A stretch of 64,000 bases of DNA, taken from positions 3,776,001 to 3,840,000 of the forward strand of contig OZ242326.1 in the NCBI GenBank assembly GCA_965208325.1, read 5' to 3'. Below the pieces are notes generated by a model. That model did not search any database. It saw only the letters and a list, made by a program, of their open reading frames with translations, and had not been told where the DNA came from. Shown here piece by piece: positions 9,898 through 19,767 of the stretch (position 1 is its first letter; each line of letters begins with the position of its first letter). Origin of the DNA: Candidatus Poribacteria bacterium. Its GTDB lineage: Bacteria > Poribacteria > WGA-4E > PCPOR2b. The position numbers and the translations under genes were made by a program.

Positions 9898-10521
9898 ATG
9901 ATTAATACACTCGTATTTGCCGGCGGGTCTTTGCATGACTGGCAAGGTTGTAGTGAAGCAATCATTGAAATCTTATCCCGGCGTGATGAATTTAAAATCA
10001 CCAAAATCGAAGAGGATCTTGATGCCCTCACCGCTCCTCGGTTGGCTCCTTACGACCTCATCGTTTTCTATTATACCCTTGGCGAAATGTCGGACGCCCA
10101 GAAAAACGGGTTGTTAAACCACATTGCTTCGGGAAAAGGCTTCGCGGGTGTGCATTGTGCCGCCGATTCGTTCAGAGAGTGCCCGGAGTATCGGGCGATG
10201 ATTGGAGGGCATTTCGTCACGCATCCCCGTTACCGGGAGTACCAGGTGAACGTCTCAGATACTGCGCACCCGATTACAGCGGGCATTGAAGAGTTCATGG
10301 TCACGGATGAGCAGTATATTTTAGACTACGATTCCCGCGTTAATGTACTCGCCACGGGGTTGAGTAAGGGCGGCACGATGCCTGTGGTTTGGACCAAAAA
10401 TTGGGGCGCAGGGCGTGTCTTCTATCTTGCTCTGGGGCATGACGCCAAAGCTTGTAGTCAAGAGATATTCGGAACGCTTCTACTGCGCGGCGCGCTCTGG
10501 GCAGCCGAACCGAGCGAATAA
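9898..10521 (+). CDS. ThuA domain-containing protein (class I glutamine amidotransferase-like fold)
   Basis: GKGFAGVHCAADSF, HPITAGI, DEQY, WGAGRVFYLALGHD. Confidence 0.88.
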   Translation: MINTLVFAGGSLHDWQGCSEAIIEILSRRDEFKITKIEEDLDALTAPRLAPYDLIVFYYTLGEMSDAQKNGLLNHIASGKGFAGVHCAADSFRECPEYRAMIGGHFVTHPRYREYQVNVSDTAHPITAGIEEFMVTDEQYILDYDSRVNVLATGLSKGGTMPVVWTKNWGAGRVFYLALGHDAKACSQEIFGTLLLRGALWAAEPSE

Positions 10522-11151
10522 ATGAAAAAGCAGATTACCGATATCCAGATTGATGAAAAAAACCCTGACCGATGCGCGCTTTTTCTCGATTGTCATCAGT
10601 TTGGAGTCGTCGATTCAAGTTTAATTGCTGTACTCGGTTTGCGAATAGGCCTGGAAATTGAGGCGGAGGTGCTTCAAAAATTAATTGAAGCGGACGGAGT
10701 CACAAAGACCAAGAACTTCATTCTTAATCTATTGCGAAATCAAACCTATAGCAAACAGCAGTTAATTGATTTGCTCGGACGAAGGGGATGCGGCGAAAGA
10801 ACTATTGATACCGCGCTGGCGGAACTGGAGGAGCTGGGCGTCGTTAAGGGCGAGAACTATGCACGGAGCTGGGTTAATCGTCGTCTGCGCCTTAAGCCGC
10901 GCGGAAAAAGGGTACTGAAGCGCGAATTGGTAAGCAAAGGAATTGACCAATCGACCGCTGACTGTGTCCTTGACACGATAGATGATAAGGACGAATCTGG
11001 GATGGCGTTAAAAGCCGCACGAAAACAGGCGGTGCATTACAAGTCCCTTTTACCGCATGTAGCCAAACGACGCATGCACGATTTTTTACTAAGGCGTGGA
11101 TTTGACGTTGATACAATTCAGCCAGTTATCGATCAAGTGTTAAAAAACTAG
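10522..11151 (+). CDS. recX: Regulatory protein RecX
   Basis: N-terminal ITDIQI..RCALFLD extension, PRGKRVLKRELVSKGI, FLLRRGF. Confidence 0.85.
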   Translation: MKKQITDIQIDEKNPDRCALFLDCHQFGVVDSSLIAVLGLRIGLEIEAEVLQKLIEADGVTKTKNFILNLLRNQTYSKQQLIDLLGRRGCGERTIDTALAELEELGVVKGENYARSWVNRRLRLKPRGKRVLKRELVSKGIDQSTADCVLDTIDDKDESGMALKAARKQAVHYKSLLPHVAKRRMHDFLLRRGFDVDTIQPVIDQVLKN

Positions 11152-11270
11152 TATTGGACACGTAGCATAGAACCGATGCCTGCAATGCCGACTCATCTCT
11201 GCATAGTCCGCTCCTTCACTCGAGCGGCATCGGAGTGAGATTTTCCGGCTACTGAATATCCCGAAACCGC

Positions 11271-12905
11271 TTAAAACATAGAAAAATCTATCTCTTTGGC
11301 GGTTATGAATTCCAGCAAGGCTGGAACACCTTCCTTAGTTTTCTGAATTCCTCGTTTGATTGCGGGGACAATTTCATCAGGTGTAGTTACCCGTTCCCCA
11401 TATCCGCCGAAGCACCTCGCCATATCTGCATAATGACCGGAAATATCCGTGCTGCGGAATTTCTCCGTAGAAACCGGCATCACCGGCAATTCAATCGCCA
11501 TTGAGAAGTTATTGAACAGCAGCGAAAGGATGGGAATCTGCTCCCTGACTGCGGTTTCGAAGTCCATCCCTGTAAAACCGATGGCAGCATCGCCCCAGAC
11601 GTTGATGCACAGTTTGTCTGGGCTGGCTAGCTTGGTACCCATTGCTAGTCCGAGGCCGTAACCCAGTTGGGTGGTTTTGCCCCAGCCGATATAGGAAAGC
11701 GGGGTAACCGGTTTCCAGAAGGGGGAGAGCTGATCACGGGGGCTTCCCGCGTCGTGTGTGATAATGGTATTTGCCGCATCTACGGTGTGCATCAAGTCCC
11801 AGATTACTCGATAAGGCGAAATCGGAATTTCGTTAGCGGTAAGCTTGTGTTTCCATTGCGCTAGCCATTCTGCTTTGATGGAATTTATCTGTTGCGCTAC
11901 TCGATTGAAATGGCCGCGGGGCTTACCGCCCAAGCGCTCATGGATTTCGGCAACCAATGCTTCCAGGACCAGACGGGCGTCCCCCACTAAAGCGTGTTTC
12001 ACAGCCAGATCTTTGTTGATGTCCGCAGGGTCCAGCGTCGCATGAATAATGGTCTTGTCCGTCGGTATGCGCACACCATAACTGGTGGCGGCGAAGCTGC
12101 ATCCGATACCGAAAATTACATCGGCGTTATGCAAAAAGTCATGCACGGTTTTTGGGATAGAACGCCCGCCAGAACCTAGTGATAAGGGATGAGATTCTGG
12201 GAAGGCGCTCTTGCCGGCAAGGCTGGTGGTCACCGGCGCTTCCAAGATTTCCGATAATGCTCGTAAAGCTTTCCAACCTTTAGCATAATGGACGCCTTGT
12301 CCTGCGTAGATTACCGGATGATTCGCATCCAGCAATGCGCTGGCTACGTCACTTATCACATGCGGGTCTGGGCCAGAACGCAAAATTGGTGTAGGAAAAT
12401 ATTGTAAGGGACCAGAGAGCCCTTCCTGAAACACATCGCTGGGGATTTCCACCACCGCTGGACGAGGACGCCCATTTCGCACCTGGGTAAAGGCTCGCCG
12501 CAATGCTCCCGGTACGGCCTGAGGCAGAGTAACTTGTTCGCAGGATTTGGTGATGTGCCGGTAGTTGATGAAGGAGTTGAAGTTGGGCGGTGTGTTAGTC
12601 AGGGCACGCGAGTAGCCCATCGGTATGACGACGATTGGGACGGAATCCCCATACGCCTGGGCAATACCGCCAAAAGCATTCTCCGATCCTGGCCCGCTTT
12701 GCATGCAGAATACGCCAATCTGTTCACCCGAGGTTACCCGGCTGAAGCCATCAGCCATATGCAGGCCAACCCGTTCTTGGCGAACGATGATTGGGCGAAT
12801 ACCTATCTTCGCCGCGGCTTCAATAGTTGGGTTGACCGGGTAGGCAAATAGATACTTCACACCTTCCCGCTTTAAAATTTCAGCAATAGCATCAGCGACG
12901 TTCAT
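11271..12905 (-). CDS. Thiamine pyrophosphate-requiring enzyme (acetolactate synthase-like superfamily)
   Basis: VRQERVGLHMADGFSR, GPGSEN, and the TPP motif GDAA...NN. Start chosen at the ATG following a GGAG RBS. Confidence 0.9.
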   Translation of the reverse strand: MNVADAIAEILKREGVKYLFAYPVNPTIEAAAKIGIRPIIVRQERVGLHMADGFSRVTSGEQIGVFCMQSGPGSENAFGGIAQAYGDSVPIVVIPMGYSRALTNTPPNFNSFINYRHITKSCEQVTLPQAVPGALRRAFTQVRNGRPRPAVVEIPSDVFQEGLSGPLQYFPTPILRSGPDPHVISDVASALLDANHPVIYAGQGVHYAKGWKALRALSEILEAPVTTSLAGKSAFPESHPLSLGSGGRSIPKTVHDFLHNADVIFGIGCSFAATSYGVRIPTDKTIIHATLDPADINKDLAVKHALVGDARLVLEALVAEIHERLGGKPRGHFNRVAQQINSIKAEWLAQWKHKLTANEIPISPYRVIWDLMHTVDAANTIITHDAGSPRDQLSPFWKPVTPLSYIGWGKTTQLGYGLGLAMGTKLASPDKLCINVWGDAAIGFTGMDFETAVREQIPILSLLFNNFSMAIELPVMPVSTEKFRSTDISGHYADMARCFGGYGERVTTPDEIVPAIKRGIQKTKEGVPALLEFITAKEIDFSMF

Positions 12906-12993
12906 TCCGTTTCTCCCATTTTGGGATATGAACCGCCCTTCATACAATTTTTGGCATTTTCTAGAGTTTCATAACCGCCTCATTCAAATATAC

Positions 12994-13195
12994 TAGGTCG
13001 TGTTGATTTTTTGGTTTGGCTAATGCAACATACGACCGTGTAATTCGCCAAAAACCCAAGTCGGGGCGATGTCTGACGTAAAAGGGCAACCGAAAGGGTT
13101 GCCCCTACAAGGATTATGTAGGGGCAGGTCTTGTGCCTGCCCAATTACTCGCGGCATGGAAATGGATTCAAATTGCCAAATGTCAACAAATCCTA
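12994..13195. mobile_element. Putative MITE-like element with imperfect terminal inverted repeats enclosing two REP-like palindromes
   Basis: Left end TAGGTCGTGTTGATTTTTTGG; reverse complement of the right end TAGGATTTGTTGACATTTGG. Internal GTAGGGGCA palindromes at 13083-13108 (-) and 13118-13142 (+). Confidence 0.5.
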
Positions 13196-13203
13196 ATCAA
13201 TGA

Positions 13204-14040
13204 TTATAGGCTGACGAAAAAAGGGTTATGTTTTTTTTCTTCTCCTACAGTTGTGGGAGGGCCGTGTCCGGGGAAGAGTTTCACATCATCGGGAAGCGAG
13301 AGAAGATGATTTTGAACGCTTGAAATTTCTTGCCTATACGAAATATTTGGACCGCCTACCGAACCCGCAAAAATTGCGTCGCCGACAATCGCCGTGGTGC
13401 GCGTGTAAAAACTGCAACCGCCAGGCGTGTGTCCTGGTGTGTCGAGCGTTTCCACCGTGAGATTGCCGACGCTCACTACATCGCCATGCTTCAGCAACCT
13501 GAGTTGCTGGCTGCTTTGAGGTTTCGGCTCATCCGCGTGGATATAAGTTGGGCAACCCGTTGCGTTTTCAATTGACGGCAACCCGTCCGCGTGATCGCTG
13601 TGCGCGTGCGTCAACAAGATTACAGTCGGGGTAACCCCAATGTCCTGGATTTTTTGGAGGATGACATCTGGATGCGCAGCCGTATCGATTATTGCTGCGT
13701 TATTAGTATCGTTGCAAACCAAAATATAAGCGTTAACCGGATAACCGCCAACATTTGCGCTGACGGTGACTACTTCCAAAGCATCGTCGTATCCCGGTTG
13801 AACAGGTTCTGGTGCCCAGCGTTCCATCGCAATGTCAACCAATTTTGCGCCGTCAAGATTTAACGCTCGAGCGATTATATGAGTTTGATTTTCTGTTGGC
13901 TTTAGGGTGTAGTCTTCCATCTGTGACAATTGTGCCTCGGTCAGGCCAGTTGCGTCTGCGATTTGAGCGGTGCTTAAACCTAGGCCGCGCCTCGCTTTCC
14001 CGATGATATCTCCAAATTCATCTTCAAGTGCATAAGCCAT
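13204..14040 (-). CDS. MBL-fold metallo-hydrolase with an N-terminal Cro/C1-type HTH
   Basis: GDIIGKARRGLGLSTAQIADATGL (HTH), THAHSDHADG, TPGHTPG, GDAIFAGSVG, PGHGP. ATG after AGGAG. Confidence 0.88.
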   Translation of the reverse strand: MAYALEDEFGDIIGKARRGLGLSTAQIADATGLTEAQLSQMEDYTLKPTENQTHIIARALNLDGAKLVDIAMERWAPEPVQPGYDDALEVVTVSANVGGYPVNAYILVCNDTNNAAIIDTAAHPDVILQKIQDIGVTPTVILLTHAHSDHADGLPSIENATGCPTYIHADEPKPQSSQQLRLLKHGDVVSVGNLTVETLDTPGHTPGGCSFYTRTTAIVGDAIFAGSVGGPNISYRQEISSVQNHLLSLPDDVKLFPGHGPPTTVGEEKKHNPFFVSL

Positions 14041-14203
14041 AACGAGTTCTTCTCCTTCTTGATAATTTGGAAAAGTAGTGTAACACGAAACTAAATGATG
14101 AACAACTTCAAAATTCCGCTTTTCGGGATAACAACAAGCCGTGCTTTCCAAACCGGTGGTAATGTCTCTTCCCACACGTCGCTATGCCCGTTTGCAAATC
14201 TGC

Positions 14204-14232
14204 TTGACACGCAAAATACCGACAGTTAAAAT
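14204..14232 (+). promoter_or_regulatory. Sigma70-type promoter
   Basis: TTGACA-17 nt-TAAAAT upstream of the FmdB-family gene. Confidence 0.65.
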
Positions 14233-14295
14233 ATATCGGCTTGCCGGAGTTTTGCAAGATTCACGGTAGAGGCAGTGCACGGAGGAAATTAGCGT

Positions 14296-14685
14296 ATGCC
14301 GACATACGAATACAAATGTTTTGATTGCGGCACACGATTTGAGCGTTTTCAAAGCATGACCGAAGAAGCAATTCAAGATTGCCCGGAGTGCGAAGGCAAG
14401 GTCAAACGGTTGATTGGCGCAGGAGCAGGATTGATTTTTAAGGGATCGGGGTTCTACTCGACGGATTACCGGGATGGAAGCTACAAGGAGGCTGAAAAGA
14501 AAGATCGGGATGCTTCATCTAGCGGCACCGACGCCAGCAAGAGCAGCGATGGTAAGAAAAGTGATAGTAAGAGCAGCGAAACGAAAAGCAGTGACACCAA
14601 GAACGCCGATACAAAAAGCAGTGATACAAAAAGCAGTGATACAAAGAGCCCTGACACCGCTAAAACAGCTTCAGACGAGGCTTGA
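14296..14685 (+). CDS. FmdB-family zinc-ribbon protein with a low-complexity SSDTK-repeat tail
   Basis: MPTYEYKCFDCG..CPECEG..IFKGSGFYSTDY. Confidence 0.92.
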   Translation: MPTYEYKCFDCGTRFERFQSMTEEAIQDCPECEGKVKRLIGAGAGLIFKGSGFYSTDYRDGSYKEAEKKDRDASSSGTDASKSSDGKKSDSKSSETKSSDTKNADTKSSDTKSSDTKSPDTAKTASDEA

Positions 14686-14787
14686 AACTGTAAAAATGAT
14701 ACCCGTCCGAAAAAGTCTGACAGCATACCAGAGTCCAGGGATATTCTGCCGGTTCAAAACTGGGCTATCGATTGATTCACCGTTCTT

Positions 14788-15744
14788 TTGAAGGACAAGA
14801 GGCATGGCATGCATCAACCTCTAGCTGTTGAAGAGAACACAAACGACCACCGCCATCAACACCATCTTCAGCGTAAATTCCGATTCGCGCTTCTGTTCAC
14901 GGGTGTTGTGTTTCTCGTGGAGGTGGTGGGCGGGATTCTGTCGAACAGCCTAGCGTTATTGAGCGATGCGGCGCATGTGTTTTCAGATGTGCTCGCATTG
15001 TCAATAAGCTGGCTGGCAATCTATCTGTCAACACGTCCCGCAACGCACTCTCGGACTTATGGGTTCCACCGAACGGAAGTCTTCGCTGCATTCATCAATG
15101 GGGTTTCACTGTTTGTAATTTCAGGATGGATCATTTATGAAGCCGTACAGCGATTTAAACAACCGGAGCCTGTCGAGAGTCTGGCTATGCTTGTGGTTGC
15201 ATGTATTGGCTTTACCGCCAATGTGCTCATCGTGTGGCTCTTTCACGGGGAAGGGCGTAGAAACCTTAATGTACGGAGTGCTATGCTTCATGTCATCGGA
15301 GACACACTCTCCTCTTTCGCAGTAATCGCTGGCGGGGCGCTCATGTACTGGACGAACTGGTACGTGGTCGATCCGATTTTGAGTTGTATCATAGCTCTGG
15401 TTATTCTTATTGGAGCTTGGCGGGTCGCAAAAGAATCCACTCACATTCTCTTGGAGGCTTCGCCGAAACACGCGGACGCCCAAACCGTAGCCAAGCATAT
15501 CTGCAGTATCTATCCCATAAAAGATATACACGATATGCACATCTGGTCTTTGTGTTCCAACTATTATGCACTCAGTGCACATGTCGTTTTGGAGGACCAC
15601 ACCGAAGAATCCGCAAATGAGTTCCGACAGCAAATTACTCGTGAACTCCAAACACAATTTGGTATCTTCCATACGACGATTCAGATTGAGCGCATCGCTT
15701 GCGCCCAGCAAGGGAACCTCCTATGTAATTTGTCCCATCACTGA
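14788..15744 (+). CDS. Cation diffusion facilitator transporter (CzcD/ZitB-like)
   Basis: SNSLALLSDAAHVFSD, TYGFHRTEV, NVRSAMLHVIGD, HDMHIWSL, HTTIQIE. Confidence 0.93.
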   Translation: MKDKRHGMHQPLAVEENTNDHRHQHHLQRKFRFALLFTGVVFLVEVVGGILSNSLALLSDAAHVFSDVLALSISWLAIYLSTRPATHSRTYGFHRTEVFAAFINGVSLFVISGWIIYEAVQRFKQPEPVESLAMLVVACIGFTANVLIVWLFHGEGRRNLNVRSAMLHVIGDTLSSFAVIAGGALMYWTNWYVVDPILSCIIALVILIGAWRVAKESTHILLEASPKHADAQTVAKHICSIYPIKDIHDMHIWSLCSNYYALSAHVVLEDHTEESANEFRQQITRELQTQFGIFHTTIQIERIACAQQGNLLCNLSHH

Positions 15745-15855
15745 TGGAAAATGGGAGAGAAGGATTTCCAGCCTGCCCTAGTCCGGCATCGCGCAAATGA
15801 CATATCTTCCCAACAATGCACCTGAATTTGAAAGTTTCAGTGCCAAGGAGAATCA

Positions 15856-17454
15856 ATGCCGCCAAAGAAATCCAAAATCACCGGCTATGCGACCCGCGAA
15901 GCTACCTTGACGTTCGCCAACCGGATGCGAACACGATATCCATCTTTCGAGCAAAGTGCGTACCGTTCCCTCGCTGGTACCAATCTAATGACGTCTAAGG
16001 TCGGCTACGGTTGCTACCGCGTTCACAATCAATCTGAAGAACATTTCACGACGCTAACGAATGCGATTGAAGCAGGTTGTAACCTGATTGATACGTCGAG
16101 TAACTACACTGACGGCGGCAGCGAAACATTGATTGGAAATGTCCTCCGCAACCTTATCGCGGCTGAAAAAATTCGGCGTGAGGAAATCATTGTTGTCTCC
16201 AAGGTCGGTTATATGCAGGGGAAGAATTTGGATGATGCGATGCGGCGGGAACGCGCGGGACAGCCTTACCCAGAGGTCGTCAAGTATATGGATGGCTGCT
16301 GGCACTGTATCCACCCTGATTTCTTGATTGATCAGTGGAACCATAGTGCCAACCGGTTAGGGCTTGAGTCAATTGATGTTTATCTCCTGCATAACCCGGA
16401 GTATTTTCTATCTGACGCCCAAAAACACACCAGGAGTTCTGCTGACTTCAACGATAGCCAAGAGGCGTATTACAATCGCGTTTATCGTGCTTTCGTACAA
16501 ATGGAGCAGCTCGCGCTCGACGGTAAAATTCGCTGCTACGGCATTTCGTCGAACACGTTTCCAGCGCCGAGAACTGATTTTGAGCATACCTCGATAGACC
16601 GTGTCTATGAGGCTGCTTGCAACGCGGGCGCGGCCGTGCATGGGAATAGCCGCGCAAATCACTTCAAGGTGATTCAACTCCCGTATAACCTTTTTGAACA
16701 CGGAGCGTTGACGACGGTAAACAGTGAGATTGACGGAAAAGACGTCTCCGTGCTTGAACGTGCACAGTCTCTTGAAATTGGCGTCCTCGTGAATCGCCCG
16801 CTCAACGCCATTGTGAATAATCACATGACCCGTTTGGCGCAACCTCCTTACGATCCAAACCTGGATTATCCCGCAGAGATTTCCAACGCAGAACGCCAGT
16901 TCAGTCAAATTGAAACAAAGTTTGAAGGTGTGTTAAAAAGTTGGGGAATTTTTGATTCCGTGCGTAATCAGGTAAAATTCAACCTCTTTTATGACGTTTC
17001 GCAGCAGCTTCCCCAACTTCTCCCGCATGTCCAAAGTCGAGACCATTGGGAACAAATCTTATACAGAAGTCTCATCCCCGAGATTAATGGATACTTAAAA
17101 AAGACCGCCGAGGTTTGTTCACACGAAGTGCACGCCCAATGGAAGGTATTGCTGCAACAGTACGTAGAGGCGCTCAACGCGCTGTTCGCCATTCTGACGG
17201 ACATCTTTAATCGCAGGGAGGCTGAAAAAGTTGAACCCATTCAGCACGCGGTGGATAGACGTCTCTCAGATGAGGAGAAAATGTTCACACTTTCTCAAAA
17301 GGCGCTGAATTTTGTGACTTCATCCCCGGGCGTCTCTGTTGTGTTAAACGGCATGAAACGAAAAGAGTATGTTCAGGACGCAATGGGTATTATGAGCGCA
17401 CCTGATTTTAAGCAGCCGCCCGCATTGATTGAAAGTGTGGCGCGTGCGGTGTAA
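15856..17454 (+). CDS. Aldo/keto reductase family protein with a long C-terminal helical insertion
   Basis: VGYGCYR, NLIDTSSNY, VSKVGY, IDVYLLHNPE, QLPYNL. Confidence 0.85.
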   Translation: MPPKKSKITGYATREATLTFANRMRTRYPSFEQSAYRSLAGTNLMTSKVGYGCYRVHNQSEEHFTTLTNAIEAGCNLIDTSSNYTDGGSETLIGNVLRNLIAAEKIRREEIIVVSKVGYMQGKNLDDAMRRERAGQPYPEVVKYMDGCWHCIHPDFLIDQWNHSANRLGLESIDVYLLHNPEYFLSDAQKHTRSSADFNDSQEAYYNRVYRAFVQMEQLALDGKIRCYGISSNTFPAPRTDFEHTSIDRVYEAACNAGAAVHGNSRANHFKVIQLPYNLFEHGALTTVNSEIDGKDVSVLERAQSLEIGVLVNRPLNAIVNNHMTRLAQPPYDPNLDYPAEISNAERQFSQIETKFEGVLKSWGIFDSVRNQVKFNLFYDVSQQLPQLLPHVQSRDHWEQILYRSLIPEINGYLKKTAEVCSHEVHAQWKVLLQQYVEALNALFAILTDIFNRREAEKVEPIQHAVDRRLSDEEKMFTLSQKALNFVTSSPGVSVVLNGMKRKEYVQDAMGIMSAPDFKQPPALIESVARAV

Positions 17455-17506
17455 AATTCCTGCCCAATCGTTAGAATCGTCACACCGGCGAGATTCACAG
17501 GAAGCC

Positions 17507-18277
17507 TCACGAATCCCTTTTTGCGATGAGTCGGTTCAATATCCAGAACAACATGGCGGACAGTATGGCGTAAAATCCTGTCATCCAGACCCAAATCGGT
17601 GCGATTCCCGTTGAAGTGTGCGTTTCAGATTTGACGACAGCAATTAGGACGCACAGGGGACTTAACAACCTCAGCACCTCCTCAAAGCGCGGAGCGGTAA
17701 TTGGCATCTGCGATACAATCAACGGCACAAAAATAATCGATAACACCACGGCGTAACTTCGCGAAATTGCGGTAATGTGGGTGCCGAACAGGGTCAAGAT
17801 AAAGCCGATTAAGTAGAACAACGTAATCGCAGCGGTAAACACTAGGGCGCATTGCAGGAGTTGCCGAAGCCCCAATCCGCCTGTGTAAACCGAAAGCCAA
17901 AATAGCGGGACGGTGAGCCAGATTATCCACAGCGTTCCGAGGATTGCCCCAATTAACTTCCCCAGCAGAATCCGCCATGTGCGCAGCGGCGTGGTTTTGA
18001 GCAGATCCCAGTTGGTGGATAACCGTTCGGATTGAAACGTCTCTATGGCTAGATGCGGAACAGCAAGAGCAATGATGGTGAGGAAGAGGACAAGTACAGA
18101 TGTTGCATATACACCTTCACCCATGCGAGTCTGGGGCTGTGTTTGGCTTGCCGCGAATAGCTCAAATGCCGCTGCAAATAACGAAAGCGCAAGCACGCAT
18201 AAGATGACGAACTGAATGCGGCGAAATTTAGGCTGATGAAAATAAAAACGCAACTCCTTAAGAATGAGTGCAATCAT
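17507..18277 (-). CDS. ABC-2 type transporter permease
   Basis: MIALILKELR, ERLSTNWDLLKTTPL..ILLGKL, about six transmembrane segments. Confidence 0.8.
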   Translation of the reverse strand: MIALILKELRFYFHQPKFRRIQFVILCVLALSLFAAAFELFAASQTQPQTRMGEGVYATSVLVLFLTIIALAVPHLAIETFQSERLSTNWDLLKTTPLRTWRILLGKLIGAILGTLWIIWLTVPLFWLSVYTGGLGLRQLLQCALVFTAAITLFYLIGFILTLFGTHITAISRSYAVVLSIIFVPLIVSQMPITAPRFEEVLRLLSPLCVLIAVVKSETHTSTGIAPIWVWMTGFYAILSAMLFWILNRLIAKRDS

Positions 18278-18591
18278 TGTATGCGTTCTCTCGGTAACAC
18301 TTGATATCTTGAGCATTATACCATATCCCCCTTCAAACACCGCATAAACTTTTTCTGATTGCCGGTCGTCAAGAAGAACAGTTTTCGAGAAAACTTGAAG
18401 CGTGGATTGCGGCTGTACCCAAGCAAGATTCATCGCCGTTTTGCATTGCTAAACTTAGATTTGCCCTGTAGGATTAGCATCAAAAATGCTTGTACACGGT
18501 AGCGGAAATATGATAATCTATCGCTGTTATCATTTATTACAGATACGTCCTACAACAACTAATGTGGATTTTTATCGATAGGAGAGCAAAA

Positions 18592-19560
18592 ATGCTGAAG
18601 AACTTCTTAAAGACTTCGTTGATTACCACAATAATCGTATTGTTAATCGTTGTTTCATTGATTGACAACCTTCATGCCGAATACAACGGGGAATGTTGGG
18701 TGGTCAGTAATGGTGATACCGTTCGCAAACTCTATCCGGATGGAAAAGCAGACCAAAGAGAAATTCCCAATCTTACTCAGGCGCAAACTGCAGAGGTCAA
18801 TCCCAGAGATGGTACAGTGTGGATTGCCGTATCGGCTGCAAATACGGTCTACAAGTTTAACCCTTCCAGCGGCGAGTTCATTGCAATACCGAACATCAAA
18901 CGGCCGCACTCAGTATCAATTAACCCAGTTGATGGCACGGTATGGATTGGTGGGCTTGACGTGGTCGTCAAGGTGTCGTCGGCTGGTCTGGTCCTCGCCA
19001 CCATCTCCGGCGTGTACGAACCAGAAGTTGCGGTCAATCTAACCGATGGGAGTTGCTGGGTAACCGACTCCAGAGGGAAAATCGCTCGTTATGATTCCAG
19101 CGGGGCGCTTGTGGTAACCTCTCCGGCGAAGCTAACCGAACCAAAATACGTTACTGTTAATTCGAAAACGGGCGATGCATGGGTGGCGGATATGCAGGCG
19201 AATATTCTTGTTAAACTAGACGCTAATGGTCACGAACTTGTGCGTCTCACCGATATCCCTTTGCCGACTTCACCGCAGGTTAATTCTCAAGATGGCAGCC
19301 TTTGGGTTGTCGCCGATTCCTCCTCGTTGATTAAGCTCTCCGCCAACGGTCAGAGGATTAAGGAAATCCAAAACGTTGGGCTGGCAATCCTGGCAATTAG
19401 TCTTGATCCGAAAGACGGCAGTCTTTGGATTGCGGATCAGCTTGGATCGACCTTTCAAGGCGAGGTCAGCAAATTCTCGGCGGACGGGCGTAAGTTGTTT
19501 GGAACCAGCGAAATTCAAATGCCATCCTACGTTTCCGTGGGTTATTGGCCAGGCGAATAA
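18592..19560 (+). CDS. Secreted NHL/YVTN-like beta-propeller protein
   Basis: Signal peptide followed by repeated VNPxDGxxW(V/I) blades. GGAG RBS. Confidence 0.8.
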   Translation: MLKNFLKTSLITTIIVLLIVVSLIDNLHAEYNGECWVVSNGDTVRKLYPDGKADQREIPNLTQAQTAEVNPRDGTVWIAVSAANTVYKFNPSSGEFIAIPNIKRPHSVSINPVDGTVWIGGLDVVVKVSSAGLVLATISGVYEPEVAVNLTDGSCWVTDSRGKIARYDSSGALVVTSPAKLTEPKYVTVNSKTGDAWVADMQANILVKLDANGHELVRLTDIPLPTSPQVNSQDGSLWVVADSSSLIKLSANGQRIKEIQNVGLAILAISLDPKDGSLWIADQLGSTFQGEVSKFSADGRKLFGTSEIQMPSYVSVGYWPGE

Positions 19561-19767
19561 GACACGTGTCCATATTTCAGCAATTGAACCAGTGAATTGG
19601 GTTCGTGACCCGCCATGTTTGCACTGCTTTAAGATTAATCCTCCCGGAATACTATTTGAGTTGCACACCAAGTATGTAGATAACAAGTCCAAACCTGTAC
19701 AGAAAGCCTGCATGGATTTTCTACCTCAATTCTCTCGTGCAGCTTTTACACCATTTTTCGGTTAGAT

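Noticed and set aside
10522..11151. recX without an adjacent recA
   Set aside because: An unlinked recX is common in many bacteria, so this is not unusual.
14720..14770. GGTTCAAA T-loop-like sequence suggesting a tRNA
   Set aside because: No cloverleaf or acceptor stem can be formed.
15121..15711. 196-aa minus-strand ORF
   Set aside because: Antisense shadow of the CDF transporter gene.
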